Shown here: positions 50,138-60,549 of the stretch, one piece after another
Layout of the letters: the number at the start of each line of letters is the position of its first letter
How positions within the stretch are numbered: position 1 is the stretch's first letter
NCBI GenBank assembly: GCA_963803705.1
Contig: CAWDNU010000001.1
Span: forward strand, 512,001-576,000
DNA from: an uncultured Pseudobdellovibrionaceae bacterium
GTDB lineage: Bacteria; Bdellovibrionota; Bdellovibrionia; Bdellovibrionales; UBA1609
DNA: 64,000 nucleotides
Reading direction: 5' to 3'
Made by a program: the position numbers and the translations under genes
The notes under the pieces: model-generated
Seen by the model: only the letters and a program-made list of their open reading frames with translations
Database searches by the model: none
Told to the model about the DNA's origin: nothing

Positions 50138-51442
50138 TTAATTTGCTCCTGTTAGTTCTTTTAAAGTTACTTCAATAATATCTAAGGCTTGTTTAAGCTC
50201 TTTATCAGTGATGACTATCGGACTTAGGATTCGTACAACGTTTTTAGCGCTTCCAGCTTTTAGCAGTATCACTCCTTTTTCAAGACATTTTTTTGTCAAA
50301 GCTTCACAGATTTTTGAATCTGGACGCTTAGATTCTCTGTCTTTTACTAGCTCAACAGCTATCATGGCGCCTAACCCGCGCACGTCACCGATGCACGTTG
50401 CCCACTTAGCCATCCTTTCAAAATGATCTTTCACTGTCTTGCCAATGACTAGCGCTCTTTCATTTAACTTTTGCTCTTCCATCACTTCGATTGTTGCGAT
50501 AGCCGCCGCACAACAGACTGGATTACCAAGATAAGTTCCACCAATTGTGCCAGGTAAGGCTTTATCCATGACTTCTTGTTTTCCAATCACAGCCCCAATC
50601 GGCATTCCAGATCCCATAGATTTAGCCCATGTTGAAAGGTCTGGGATAACATCGTAATGTTGGTAAGCGCCCCACTTGCCAGTTCTGCAAAACCCACTTT
50701 GAACTTCGTCAAAAATCAAAACCATGCCATGCTTGTCACAAAGTTCTCTTAGGCTTTTAACGTAAGCTTTCGGAGCAACATTGAAGCCGCCCTCACCTTG
50801 GACTAATTCTATGATAATTGCAGCCACGGATTTAACATCAACGTGTGACCTGAAAAATTTTTTAAGTTTTTTTATCTCTTGTTTAGAAAAATCTTCTTCG
50901 GATAAGTCTTTAGCTTTGTGGTAAATATTAGGAAAGTCCAATCGGTATATCTCTGGGGCAAATGGGCCGCAATTCAATTTATAGTTAACTTTTGATGTCA
51001 AACTCATGCACATCATGCTTCGACCGTGAAAGGCTTCTGAAAAACAAACAACGGCAGATCTTTTTGTTGCCTGTCTTGCAATTTTAATTGAGTTTTCAAC
51101 GGACTCTGCACCAGTATTAGTCAACATTACTTTAGTGCTTTCTCCGTGGGGCAATAGCTCAACTAATTTTTCGCTTAGTTGTATATAGGGCTCATAAGTA
51201 GAGACGTGAAAGCAGGTATGAATTAATTTTTCAGCCTGTTTCTTTATGGCTTCGACCACTTTTGGCGGGCAGTGGCCTGCATTGATAACACCAATGCCTC
51301 CACCGAGATCAATATACTTTTTTCCATCTGCATCAGTTATAATCGCACCGCTGGCTTTAACTGCAGTCGACGAAACAAAAACACCGACTCCATTAGAAAC
51401 CACTTTTTTTCTGCGCTCGAACAAATCTTGGCTATTGGTCAC
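50138..51442 (-). CDS. gabT: Class III PLP aminotransferase, 4-aminobutyrate aminotransferase-like
   Basis: TGAESVENSIKIAR, FHGRS, VQGEGGF, FDEVQSGF.RTG, WAKSMGSG and GGTYLGNP motifs. Confidence 0.8.
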   Translation of the reverse strand: MTNSQDLFERRKKVVSNGVGVFVSSTAVKASGAIITDADGKKYIDLGGGIGVINAGHCPPKVVEAIKKQAEKLIHTCFHVSTYEPYIQLSEKLVELLPHGESTKVMLTNTGAESVENSIKIARQATKRSAVVCFSEAFHGRSMMCMSLTSKVNYKLNCGPFAPEIYRLDFPNIYHKAKDLSEEDFSKQEIKKLKKFFRSHVDVKSVAAIIIELVQGEGGFNVAPKAYVKSLRELCDKHGMVLIFDEVQSGFCRTGKWGAYQHYDVIPDLSTWAKSMGSGMPIGAVIGKQEVMDKALPGTIGGTYLGNPVCCAAAIATIEVMEEQKLNERALVIGKTVKDHFERMAKWATCIGDVRGLGAMIAVELVKDRESKRPDSKICEALTKKCLEKGVILLKAGSAKNVVRILSPIVITDKELKQALDIIEVTLKELTGAN

Positions 51443-52257
51443 AAAACACCTCTTAATTTATAAAAAAGATAAAATACCACGCTTATCAAAACAAAAATTC
51501 TTAATTATAGTTGTAGCTATTCTCGCTATCTATTCTAGTAAAAGGCTAGTGTTTTTTTCAGATTTAAAGTTAAAAATTGTTGCTAAGAGTTGACTAACAC
51601 TCTCTCAACTTCACTAAGATTATTTGAATATAAATAATAGTTCAAAAGAATCCGGTTTGGATTGAAATTTTATTAGATGGTTATATTAGAGTAATATTTT
51701 GACGTTAATTTAACAAGACGCATACTGGTGTTTTGAGAACAGATTTGTACGCTTTTCAAACAAAACTTTCTCAAAGATGTTACCAATCTCCATTTCATAC
51801 TACTTTCTAATAGTTTCCTCTAAGTGAAGTTCGCAAAATTTTTAAAGACTTTTAAAATGGGTGCTGACTAGTGATAAGTCGACAAAACTTTAGGCGAGGA
51901 TCCGGCTCTAGGCCTCTTTTTTTTAAACCTATTGTTTCTATAACTGAAATTTATTAGAATATTTCATTTTTTTAGCACCCAAATACACCTGACTTAACCC
52001 TACAAAGCTATGAGTATCCAAATTTTAATTGAGCCTAACTAGTCCCGACGATGTCCTGAAAATTTTCAAATTTTATAGAGTCCATAATCGTGACGTAAAT
52101 TGGCATGAACTGGAAATAGTTACCTAGAACAAGATCTGTTTTAGTTCCAATTTAATCTTGAGGTTGGCTCATATATTGGAAGAATTACGAAGGATAAGAA
52201 TCGTTTACGAAATATCTGTAAGCAAATCATTTGGAAATCTTTAGGAAAAGGGTCAAT

Positions 52258-52837
52258 ATGAAAAAAGCGCGTCTGAATTTTTGTCTATTTTTAATTTCAT
52301 TTGGTATAGCTGCAAATGCTGCTGAAGAACTTACAGCTCAAAATCATCAGATTCCGCTACGCTGATCAGTCATACCACAGCGTAGCCCTTTTGTTTGAAG
52401 GTTGGTCAGGTAGCTATATAACAAGCGAATACTCGAAGAGCGAAAACCAAGTACAACTTTTTTATTGCACGGCTAACAAGAAAAGCCGGTTTCAAGCTAG
52501 TAAATGCCAAGCGCTTAATCCCGAACCCCTGACCATAGAGCAATTTAGCGAAATGCAAGAGCCAATCGTGCAGTCCATTGAAATGCAGTCAGCTGCATTG
52601 ATCCAAAAACTTGAAGGGGCTAACGTCTTGGTGAGGGCTATTCGGGGCAAGCCAGAAGACAACTCTAATGTGCGTGGACTAAAACAAGTTGTTCAAGAAA
52701 TTAACTTAAAAGGTATAGATAATTGGATTTTGGTACAACAGGATTCTAGATTTGACGCTAATCCTGCTGTAGAAACTCCTGGGGTTATGGAGGATTTAGC
52801 TGAGTCGCTCGCCAATATTTTAAGCAGTCAACCTTAG
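52258..52837 (+). pseudogene. Secreted hypothetical protein, frameshifted near 52350
   Basis: RBS and ATG 52258 give a signal peptide MKKARLNFCLFLISFGIAANAAEE that stops at about 52365; the body continues in another frame. Confidence 0.6.
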
Positions 52838-53003
52838 GCATATTGGTTCAATCAAATTACCATACAGCTACCTTGATCCACCCCAATTCCCAAAAATCCA
52901 CAGTCCAATCAATAAGCAAACTCTAAGGTTTTCGTCTAGAATACCTAAACTTAGTTTACTTTACTGCCTTCTTAAATAGAATGTATATGACTAAGAGGTG
53001 TAG

Positions 53004-54286
53004 ATGAATGTTGTAATTTTAATTTTATCTTTGATGATTTCAGTCATCTCAATTTCATGCAGTAGCTCTGATCAGTCAGACGTTCGCGACTCTACAATAT
53101 CATGCTCAGAACTGGGGTTAGGTTCGGTTTCTAGAAACGCTTTCACAGTTCCCATAGCGAGCAACGATAAAATTGAGACATCTTTGATTTATGGCGGTAT
53201 GTATCCTGAAGGGGACGAAGACACCCCAAATTTGAAATGGGCTTCAGATTAAATGATATCGAAGTGCCACTTGTCTGGCCAGGTGATATCTTTCTGATCT
53301 CAATTAACTCGTCGGAATTTTTAACCGGGGGCCGAGCTGGGGTTACCGATTTCGGTATGGGATTTGTAGTTTGTCACTCAAGTCAAAGAACAATCGAGGG
53401 CGAGTTGGCTCATGTGACTGGCCTTTCGGGCCAAGCCAAAGCGCTTTTCGATAGTGCTACAAATTTAAGATGCGAAACTTATTCAGGACCAGCTGAACAG
53501 ATTAAAAGCTGTACATTAAATTTCTCCAAAGCAGTGAGGGTAACGGCAGGAGAACCGCTTGGTTTCGCCGGAGGGATTTCAGATGGTGTAGGTGGGGCTG
53601 TAGGTAACTACACCCCTGGTTTAGATCTTAATATGGTAGATACTGCCTTTGAAAATTACTATGTAAATAGAGAGCGCCTGGGTGGTAGATTTGGTATGGG
53701 CTATTACTTTCGCTATGGGGTTTGCGTTAACGAGTATTTTTCTGAACCATTCAAAACTCAAATCATGGACAAAGTAGGGCGTGGGTTTCCAACACGATTA
53801 AGAGATTCCGACGATGAGCCTTGTGGCACAATGTCCCTGGGCCAAGCGGGGACTGCAGCGGGCATCTGGATTTTAGAAAGTAAGTCAGGTTTGCGAGTGC
53901 AGGATATAAGTGGATTTCCAAGCGAACTTCTGATGAACACAATTACACTGGGATCATCTAACTTAAGACCAAAAACTCATTTGGTAATGTCTACTAGGGT
54001 AGGTAGCTTATCAGAGGACACTTCTGGGCGAGATAAGCTGGTCGAATTTGAATTTCAAAACATCGGCTTTAATAATCGTAAATTTAAAGAAATGTTACCA
54101 AACACTATATATTGTATGAGCGGAGAACTTGAAGAGGGACCTGTTAATTCCGTATTTTTCTATGTTCAGCTAGGTGTTGATGGACAAAGCTTAAAAGTCC
54201 AAAGGCAAAGCTCTGATTGTCGTGGGGTTGCTCAAGGGACTAGAACCTTCAGTGCAGGGACTGTTCCTTATTCGTTTGTGAGATAG
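53004..54286 (+). pseudogene. Cys-rich lipoprotein, frameshifted near 53220
   Basis: Lipobox-like SISC in ORF 53004-53252; the overlapping frame continues ..HPKFEMGFRL.. into 53237-54286. Confidence 0.6.
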
Positions 54287-54352
54287 GTCCTACCACAGAC
54301 ATCAAATTTAGACCTGACTCGTCAATGTTCAAAAGTCTGACGGCTATACTAA

Positions 54353-54394
54353 TAAGGTGTAAAATTTTTTCATCTGGACAATTTTTACACCTTA
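54353..54394. repeat. 12-bp perfect inverted repeat upstream of the porin gene
   Basis: TAAGGTGTAAAA (54353-54364) and TTTTACACCTTA (54383-54394), 18-nt spacer. Confidence 0.6.
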
Positions 54395-54412
54395 ATATTT
54401 TAAGGGTTTAGT

Positions 54413-55498
54413 ATCAGTATAAAAAAATTTACTCTGTTGCTTCTTCTTTTCTCTGGGGTCAAGACAAACCTTGGCATTGCAGGAACCGCTAAACCTGACA
54501 GCATTTTTTTTGGCTCATATGCTTTCGATAGTTACACGAAGCTATCTCAAAAAAATAAAAGTTTTGGCCTGGGAGTTCTGTTTTTAGGTACAGAGCTGGA
54601 TTTCGGCAATACTACTTTTACAGTTTCAATTAATGGAACTCATAGTACCAACTCGCCAAGTGATTTTGTCGGTGACTTGCAAGTGCTTTCGAATATAGAT
54701 ACTCAAGAAAAAGACACTTTAAAAATCTACGAGTTGATATTAGAGCACAATTTTTTTATCAGAGATTTTAATTTCATTTTTGGGGTTGGATGGAAAGACC
54801 TTTCCGGAAGTTTCAACAGAACTGAGACAAGCCAAAATTTGATGCACTCATCTTTTGGCACATCAGCCGAACTAGGTAACACAGGATTCTATGGCCCATC
54901 GATTTATCCCTTTCCCTCTTTCGGATTTCATTTCGCAAAAAGTTGGAACGACGGAGCTTACGTGATGTATTCTATCGCAGACCCTATTTTATACAATAGT
55001 TTTGAAAATGGAATATTCCAGTCTCAAATTAATTTGGACGAAGATAATTTTTTTACTATATTTGAATTTGGAAAAAAAACAGAGCTCTATAAAATCAACT
55101 TAGGCCTCTGGAAATATCGAAGTTCGGGTCAACTTGAAGATTCATTTAAGCAATCGGGTCTTTATTTTGATGGCGAGTATAATTTCAGTCAGTTAAGTCC
55201 CTTCGTGAAATTGGGGTTAGTCAGCCAAGTTAAAAATCGGGTATCTTCAAGTTTTGCTATTGGTCTAAATTTAAGATCATTAATTTTAGATAAAGAAGAG
55301 ATATCAATTGGCTTTGTGGCAGCTCAGATTCAAGGGCACAATACTGAAACAGCTTTTGAACTTCAGTATCAGTTTATCTTTTCTGACAAATTTTATTCGC
55401 CTGTAACTTACCAAAGTATCGCAAATACATTTTTCACCAAGACTAACGCCAGCATCGTTGCATTAAGACTAGGCTACAACTTCGAAACTTTGTATTGA
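54413..55498 (+). CDS. Carbohydrate-selective porin (OprB-like)
   Basis: VGDLQVLSNID, GPSIYP, ETAFELQY and Q.I.N motifs. Signal peptide extends upstream of TTG 54437. Confidence 0.7.
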   Translation: MSIKKFTLLLLLFSGVKTNLGIAGTAKPDSIFFGSYAFDSYTKLSQKNKSFGLGVLFLGTELDFGNTTFTVSINGTHSTNSPSDFVGDLQVLSNIDTQEKDTLKIYELILEHNFFIRDFNFIFGVGWKDLSGSFNRTETSQNLMHSSFGTSAELGNTGFYGPSIYPFPSFGFHFAKSWNDGAYVMYSIADPILYNSFENGIFQSQINLDEDNFFTIFEFGKKTELYKINLGLWKYRSSGQLEDSFKQSGLYFDGEYNFSQLSPFVKLGLVSQVKNRVSSSFAIGLNLRSLILDKEEISIGFVAAQIQGHNTETAFELQYQFIFSDKFYSPVTYQSIANTFFTKTNASIVALRLGYNFETLY

Positions 55499-55533
55499 AA
55501 TTCAAGTATTCTTCTTAGATGGTCAGAAAATTT

Positions 55534-55851
55534 TTACTTACAATCGACAATTTTTAGATTTTTAATTTGAGTTCGACAGTCCCTCCAGGCAATTGTTTGG
55601 TAAGCCACGCAAGTGCCAGGAACAAGATTGTTGGGGTCAATAAAATCCTCAAATTGCGATGTAAAATAGTAATTCAGGTGATGAGTAGGACTTTCTATAT
55701 CTGGTCCAAGATATCCTTCTTGACTGGCAACATTGTACCAAACGACTACTCCGGTTTTTATCTCATTATCTATCCAACACGCTTCAGCGATAGCCAAGGT
55801 AGACAAAAAAATTATAAATAAAGTTAAAAAAGTAAATATTAACGTTCTCAT
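55534..55851 (-). CDS. Secreted cold-shock-domain-like (OB-fold) protein
   Basis: Signal peptide followed by TGVVVWYN...EGYLGPD...LVPG.CV.Y; GGGG RBS. Confidence 0.6.
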   Translation of the reverse strand: MRTLIFTFLTLFIIFLSTLAIAEACWIDNEIKTGVVVWYNVASQEGYLGPDIESPTHHLNYYFTSQFEDFIDPNNLVPGTCVAYQTIAWRDCRTQIKNLKIVDCK

Positions 55852-56195
55852 AACAAATAATCCCCTTTAAAATTTAACATATTCTAATTCAGATCTTGAA
55901 AACTGCTACCCTGCAATTACTGAATTTTTAACAAAGTACCACAAGCTCTGACAATTATGAATGTTTTTTAGCCATCATAATCCCATTCAAACCTTATTAT
56001 TGCTAAAAAACATTAAGATTTCGAACCTTAAAAGTTCAAATCAGCGCAGTTCAATCATTGAGAGGGTGCTTAGCAATTTCTGTCCAGGTAATTGTTATTC
56101 GGTGAGTGTGAAATATAAGTTATGGTGCATCTAAATTATTTGAAAATAATAGCAAGTGCTTGTTTTTAGATTAATTTAAATTTAAATACCGTCGT

Positions 56196-56633
56196 ATGGT
56201 TTCACTGAGGCTTATTTTTCTATCGACTTTTACGTTAGGCTTTATTAATCTGGCTTCAATCAATGAGTCTTCTGCTAATACCTGTGATGCCTATGTAAGC
56301 CATGTGACTTTAAAGTCCAACATAGAAGATCGTAAATTGCCAGTGACCAGTGGCAATTCAGATTTCGTCGTAACGGGTAAGGATATTAGGATTGAAACTT
56401 TCAGATCATCAGGTGTTTATCAAAGGCACTTAGTCATAAGCGATTTAAAAGTTATAGTCAGCAAGGTGGTAAATTATTGGGGTTCGCATCCAGCACATTA
56501 TCTAACTTTCGAAGATCTAGACGTTATGGACGAGTTATTCCGCCAGATCTCGCTTGGGCAATTTGCTTATTTTGATCTAACCTCCAGTAGCATAAGTTCA
56601 ACATCAGTTCGTCCCGCTAGAGTTTTAGTTTAA
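56196..56633 (+). CDS. Hypothetical secreted protein
   Basis: Signal peptide; no motif recognised. Confidence 0.5.
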   Translation: MVSLRLIFLSTFTLGFINLASINESSANTCDAYVSHVTLKSNIEDRKLPVTSGNSDFVVTGKDIRIETFRSSGVYQRHLVISDLKVIVSKVVNYWGSHPAHYLTFEDLDVMDELFRQISLGQFAYFDLTSSSISSTSVRPARVLV

Positions 56634-56805
56634 AAAAAACTGAGCGTAACTATTATTCAAAAGCATTAATTGATAGCCCTAATTCCCAAGTTGTATATTC
56701 TGACCTGCGCAAAACACCCCATATCCAATTAGAATCATTTAAAATTAAGTGTTCACTGAATTATTTTTCTTGTCATATTTCAACTTTAGATATTTAATTT
56801 TGGAT

Positions 56806-57273
56806 ATGAAAAAAAATTTTAACCTAGCTTCAGCGATGACGATATTTTACATGTTATTTGCATGTTCAACACCTTCTCATAATACAGACGAAGAAACCAA
56901 AAAAGATAAAGTGGTTCAATCAGATAAAGAGCTTACTGTTAAATTTGTAAATCGATCGAAAGGCAATATTTATATGGCTTTATTTAAATCTGCTGATGGA
57001 TTTCCTTCTGACCAGCAAAAGACATTTAAAAGTTTGACAATAAAACCTGTCGACAAAAGTTTTAGTTTTAAAAAAGATTTTGAAACTATAGCAATTTCTG
57101 CGTTTATCGACAGTAATGGTAATGGCAAACTTGATACAAACGCACTAGGAGTTCCCGTCGAACCATTTGCTTTTAGTAATAATCCAACGATCGTATTTTC
57201 AGCTCCAAGTTTTGAAGCTTCAAAAATAGACCCTAATGTTAGTTCGATTGATCTTGAATTTAAAACGTTTTGA
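56806..57273 (+). CDS. DUF2141 family lipoprotein
   Basis: LFAC lipobox; AISAFID.NGNGKLDTN.LGVP.E.F.FSNN motif. Confidence 0.85.
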   Translation: MKKNFNLASAMTIFYMLFACSTPSHNTDEETKKDKVVQSDKELTVKFVNRSKGNIYMALFKSADGFPSDQQKTFKSLTIKPVDKSFSFKKDFETIAISAFIDSNGNGKLDTNALGVPVEPFAFSNNPTIVFSAPSFEASKIDPNVSSIDLEFKTF

Positions 57274-57366
57274 CTCATTAAAGAACTTAACAAATCAAAA
57301 AGAGTTTATTATTGGTTTGCTTTAAGAATCGATGGAGCATTACTCCAGCGAAAAATAGCTAATAAT

Positions 57367-58692
57367 TTAGTTGATTCTGACTAATATATCTATTCTCTGA
57401 TTTTTTTCGCGCCCTTTTTTAGTGTTGTTAGATGCAATAGGGTCGCTTGAGCCTTTGCCTTTTGCCTCAATTTTCTTGGCGACTTTTTTGCTCTTCAAAT
57501 ATTTTGCAACCACTTCCGCTTTACCACTGGATAATGCTTTGCTAAATGACTCATCCCCAGAAGAATCTGCGTGACCTTCAACGATAATCTCATCAACTGA
57601 TGCCTTTTTAAGCACTGAACTGAGTTGCTCAATTAGGTCCATAGATTTTCTATTTAGATTATTAGAGCCTTTACTGAAGACTGGCTTTTTAAATCGAATC
57701 ACCAGATCATCTTCACGCTCAAAAACTTCGGCTTCTTCATCATCAAATTTTTGCCTAGTTTCTGATATAATAGATTCAAATTTATAGTTCCTTGCAGTTT
57801 TTTCAAGCTTCTTGCTGGTTTCTATGTTTTCTTCATCTTTCTCATCCAAGTGACCTTCGAGCTCTGCAATTCTCTTTTCCTGCTTTTCTAACTTATACTT
57901 AGATTTTACTAGTTTTTTTGCGACGTCCTCTGAAATTTTTGATTTACTATTCTTCATTGCATCCATCACATCTACTAGAAATATAGAATCCTTTCTTGCC
58001 TTACTAACAGACTCTTTATAACGGTCCGAATCACTAGGGCTCGTAGAAATCATATTCTCAGCCACCTTTAGGCTCTTAAAAGCTTCTGCATGGCTTGATG
58101 GAGCTTTAGACTTTGCACCACTGTCTTCAGCAGCTGCAATTAAAGCTATTGATTTTGACAGCTTCTTCTTCTGAATTCCCGCTGTCTCTAATAGTAAATA
58201 GCGTTTTTGAATTTCTGCAAAATCTTTTGGATCGATCACCTTTTTGAAATCACTTGATTCGTTTCTAAGATCGTCATCAATCTTGTACAGCTCTTTCTTT
58301 AGCTGATCATATTTCTTAGCCCCACTTTCTAAAGCTAGAGTTCTTGCGTTTAGCATAGCCTCAAGATCTGGACTCATTTTTTTTGACTTTGAAATAACCT
58401 TTTTATATAGGGTTTTTGAGTATGCTGCGTTTTCACGAATTAGGTTCAAATCAACGTCAGTGCCAGCTGCTTCTTCTTTGGCTTTATTTAAATAACCTTC
58501 AGCCTTTTTAAATTCTTTGGGTAAAAGCAGATCGCCATGTTTCTTTTCAGCATCCGACTTCAAAGATGAAATTTGTTTGATGATCTGTTTGGGTCCAAGA
58601 TCAGAGGAAATCTCAGCTTGTTTTGGATTGGACGAACAGCCAAAGGCAGATCCCAACAGCAGGCCTGTCACAATAAGATAATTTAAACGCAT
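57367..58692 (-). CDS. OmpA-family peptidoglycan-binding lipoprotein with coiled-coil N-terminus
   Basis: AFGC lipobox; VEGHADSSG...LS..KA..V..YL and PIASN.T..GR.KN.RI motifs. Confidence 0.88.
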   Translation of the reverse strand: MRLNYLIVTGLLLGSAFGCSSNPKQAEISSDLGPKQIIKQISSLKSDAEKKHGDLLLPKEFKKAEGYLNKAKEEAAGTDVDLNLIRENAAYSKTLYKKVISKSKKMSPDLEAMLNARTLALESGAKKYDQLKKELYKIDDDLRNESSDFKKVIDPKDFAEIQKRYLLLETAGIQKKKLSKSIALIAAAEDSGAKSKAPSSHAEAFKSLKVAENMISTSPSDSDRYKESVSKARKDSIFLVDVMDAMKNSKSKISEDVAKKLVKSKYKLEKQEKRIAELEGHLDEKDEENIETSKKLEKTARNYKFESIISETRQKFDDEEAEVFEREDDLVIRFKKPVFSKGSNNLNRKSMDLIEQLSSVLKKASVDEIIVEGHADSSGDESFSKALSSGKAEVVAKYLKSKKVAKKIEAKGKGSSDPIASNNTKKGREKNQRIDILVRIN

Positions 58693-59586
58693 GGTTTACT
58701 CCTAAATAAAAATGTTAACATTTTTTAAAATTAAGAACTTACTATTTATTACCCATTGAGTAAAACATTATATTGTGGCTTTATCTGCACACATGGACCA
58801 CTTGGTAATGAATGAGCGATAATTAATGAGCAACCAGCAGTTATCCACCTAGGATTTATTCAATTAAGTTTATACAAAAAAGTTTGTTTCAAGAAGGCGA
58901 CATTTCCGAAAGATTTATATGCTACAAATTAAAATTTACTCAAAGTGGAATTATAAAAGTGAGATTATAAAATTTGGTTGATCTAATCTGCGAAATCATC
59001 AGATTTTAAATTAGAACTGAAAAGAGAATAGATTATGTGACAGCAGCACTACTAATTTTAACTCATTTCAATCGATCAAATAGTGCGATTGTTTTTAGAG
59101 CAAAAAGCAATATTTTTTTGTATAAAAGTCTACGTTTTAAATAATTTCTGTAGTTATACAACTATGGGCAGAAAGAACCATCATTGTTCTTCTCTAAGGT
59201 TATTATGCTTAAAACTTTATCGGCAACAAGAAAGATCGACATCTATAATATTAAAATGAATATTTAAAACTCTTTACAGTCAGCCGTTGCTTTAGATTAA
59301 ATGTGTCCTTATTAGTTCCAGCGATTATTTTAAATGTATTGCCACTTGCTATATCAATAACATTCCTGGACACTTGGATATAGATCTGCCACCAAAATCT
59401 GAACAAAACAATTTTAGTTTTTATATTCCAATTTAAAAGCTTATAAGATCGACCGCATTGATGCGCCCACTATAGATTCAAGCCATTTGCTTATAAGAAT
59501 AGGATTGGTAAGAACAAAATTCTTAGTTTGTTCTCTTAGAAATTAGATGTTGTTTTGTAAAAAAATTTTTAAAATGGAAATACATT

Positions 59587-60549
59587 ATGCTTGGGTACAA
59601 GGAAATTTTTAATGAGCGTGGCAGGTTATATAGCCTAGCAATGAAAAATGTTAATCATGCTCGCTTTCTCGAAAGAGAAAACCTTATTAAAGGACTTGAT
59701 ATTAAAATGGGCGACTGCTTTCTTGATGTTCCCGCCGGCGAGGGCTACCTCTCAGATGCTATTTATCAGATAACCCCTAATATTATATGTCTTGAACCAT
59801 CGCACGAATTTTCATGTCAAATTTCAAATAAATACAAAGTCGTAAGTTCGCCCATTGATAAAATGGATATAAAAGACGAAAGCGTTGATGCCATGGGTAG
59901 TTTAGCAGGGCTACACCATTTGGGTGTCAAAGAGCTAGAAGGTTTTTTTCGTGAAGGGTTTCGTGTGCTCAAACACGGTGGTGAATTTGCAGTAGCTGAT
60001 GTGGAAAAAGGTTCCAATATTGATTATTTTCTAAACTATATCGTGGATAAATTCTCTGAAACTGGGCATCAAGGTTATTTTTTTTCAGAAGAAGACTTTG
60101 TTGATCACTTAAATAACGCTGGCTTTAAAAATGCAAATTCGTGCAAACAAGATTTTTACTGGATTTTCGATGACATTACACAAATGCTCTACTTTGTTAA
60201 AAATCTTTTCGGGTTAACGAAGGTGAAAGAACCAGAGCTATTAAATATTTTAGCGGAAACCCTTGGTTTTATTAGACAAGATAAAAAGATAAAACTTAAT
60301 TGGTCATTAATTTATGCCTTCGCACCAAGTAGAATCAATAAAATCTACGATCAGTTGATCTTCATCATTGTTTTTTTGTGGGGTTTAATTCTTTATCCAA
60401 AAGTTTTGATCAGATCTTGGCGAAAGACAGGAAAAGTTCTTTTCTTTTCAGCACCTGAAACTGCCAATGAGAAATTTTTATGGAGAAAATTAATTGATCA
60501 CGCTCCACACTTCACAGAACTTTCCGACAAACTTCTGAGCAAAAAATGA
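59587..60549 (+). CDS. Class I SAM-dependent methyltransferase, read through into the N-terminus of a TupA-like ATP-grasp gene
   Basis: LDVPAGEGYL, SLAGLHH and RVLKHGG motifs; tail PETANEKFLWRK...DK is TupA-like. Confidence 0.75.
   Translation: MLGYKEIFNERGRLYSLAMKNVNHARFLERENLIKGLDIKMGDCFLDVPAGEGYLSDAIYQITPNIICLEPSHEFSCQISNKYKVVSSPIDKMDIKDESVDAMGSLAGLHHLGVKELEGFFREGFRVLKHGGEFAVADVEKGSNIDYFLNYIVDKFSETGHQGYFFSEEDFVDHLNNAGFKNANSCKQDFYWIFDDITQMLYFVKNLFGLTKVKEPELLNILAETLGFIRQDKKIKLNWSLIYAFAPSRINKIYDQLIFIIVFLWGLILYPKVLIRSWRKTGKVLFFSAPETANEKFLWRKLIDHAPHFTELSDKLLSKK

Noticed and set aside
51858..51981. TGGGTGCT/AGCACCCA inverted ends with an internal hairpin and T-run
   Set aside because: An 8-bp match in a single copy is too weak to call an element or sRNA.
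11177..60549. UGA recoding (Trp/Gly/Sec), suggested by two in-frame TGAs (integrase and TupA-like gene)
   Set aside because: TGA is used as a normal stop in ATGA-coupled gene junctions (2092-2095, 4462-4465, 10573-10576, 43246-43249), and both affected genes have other lesions.
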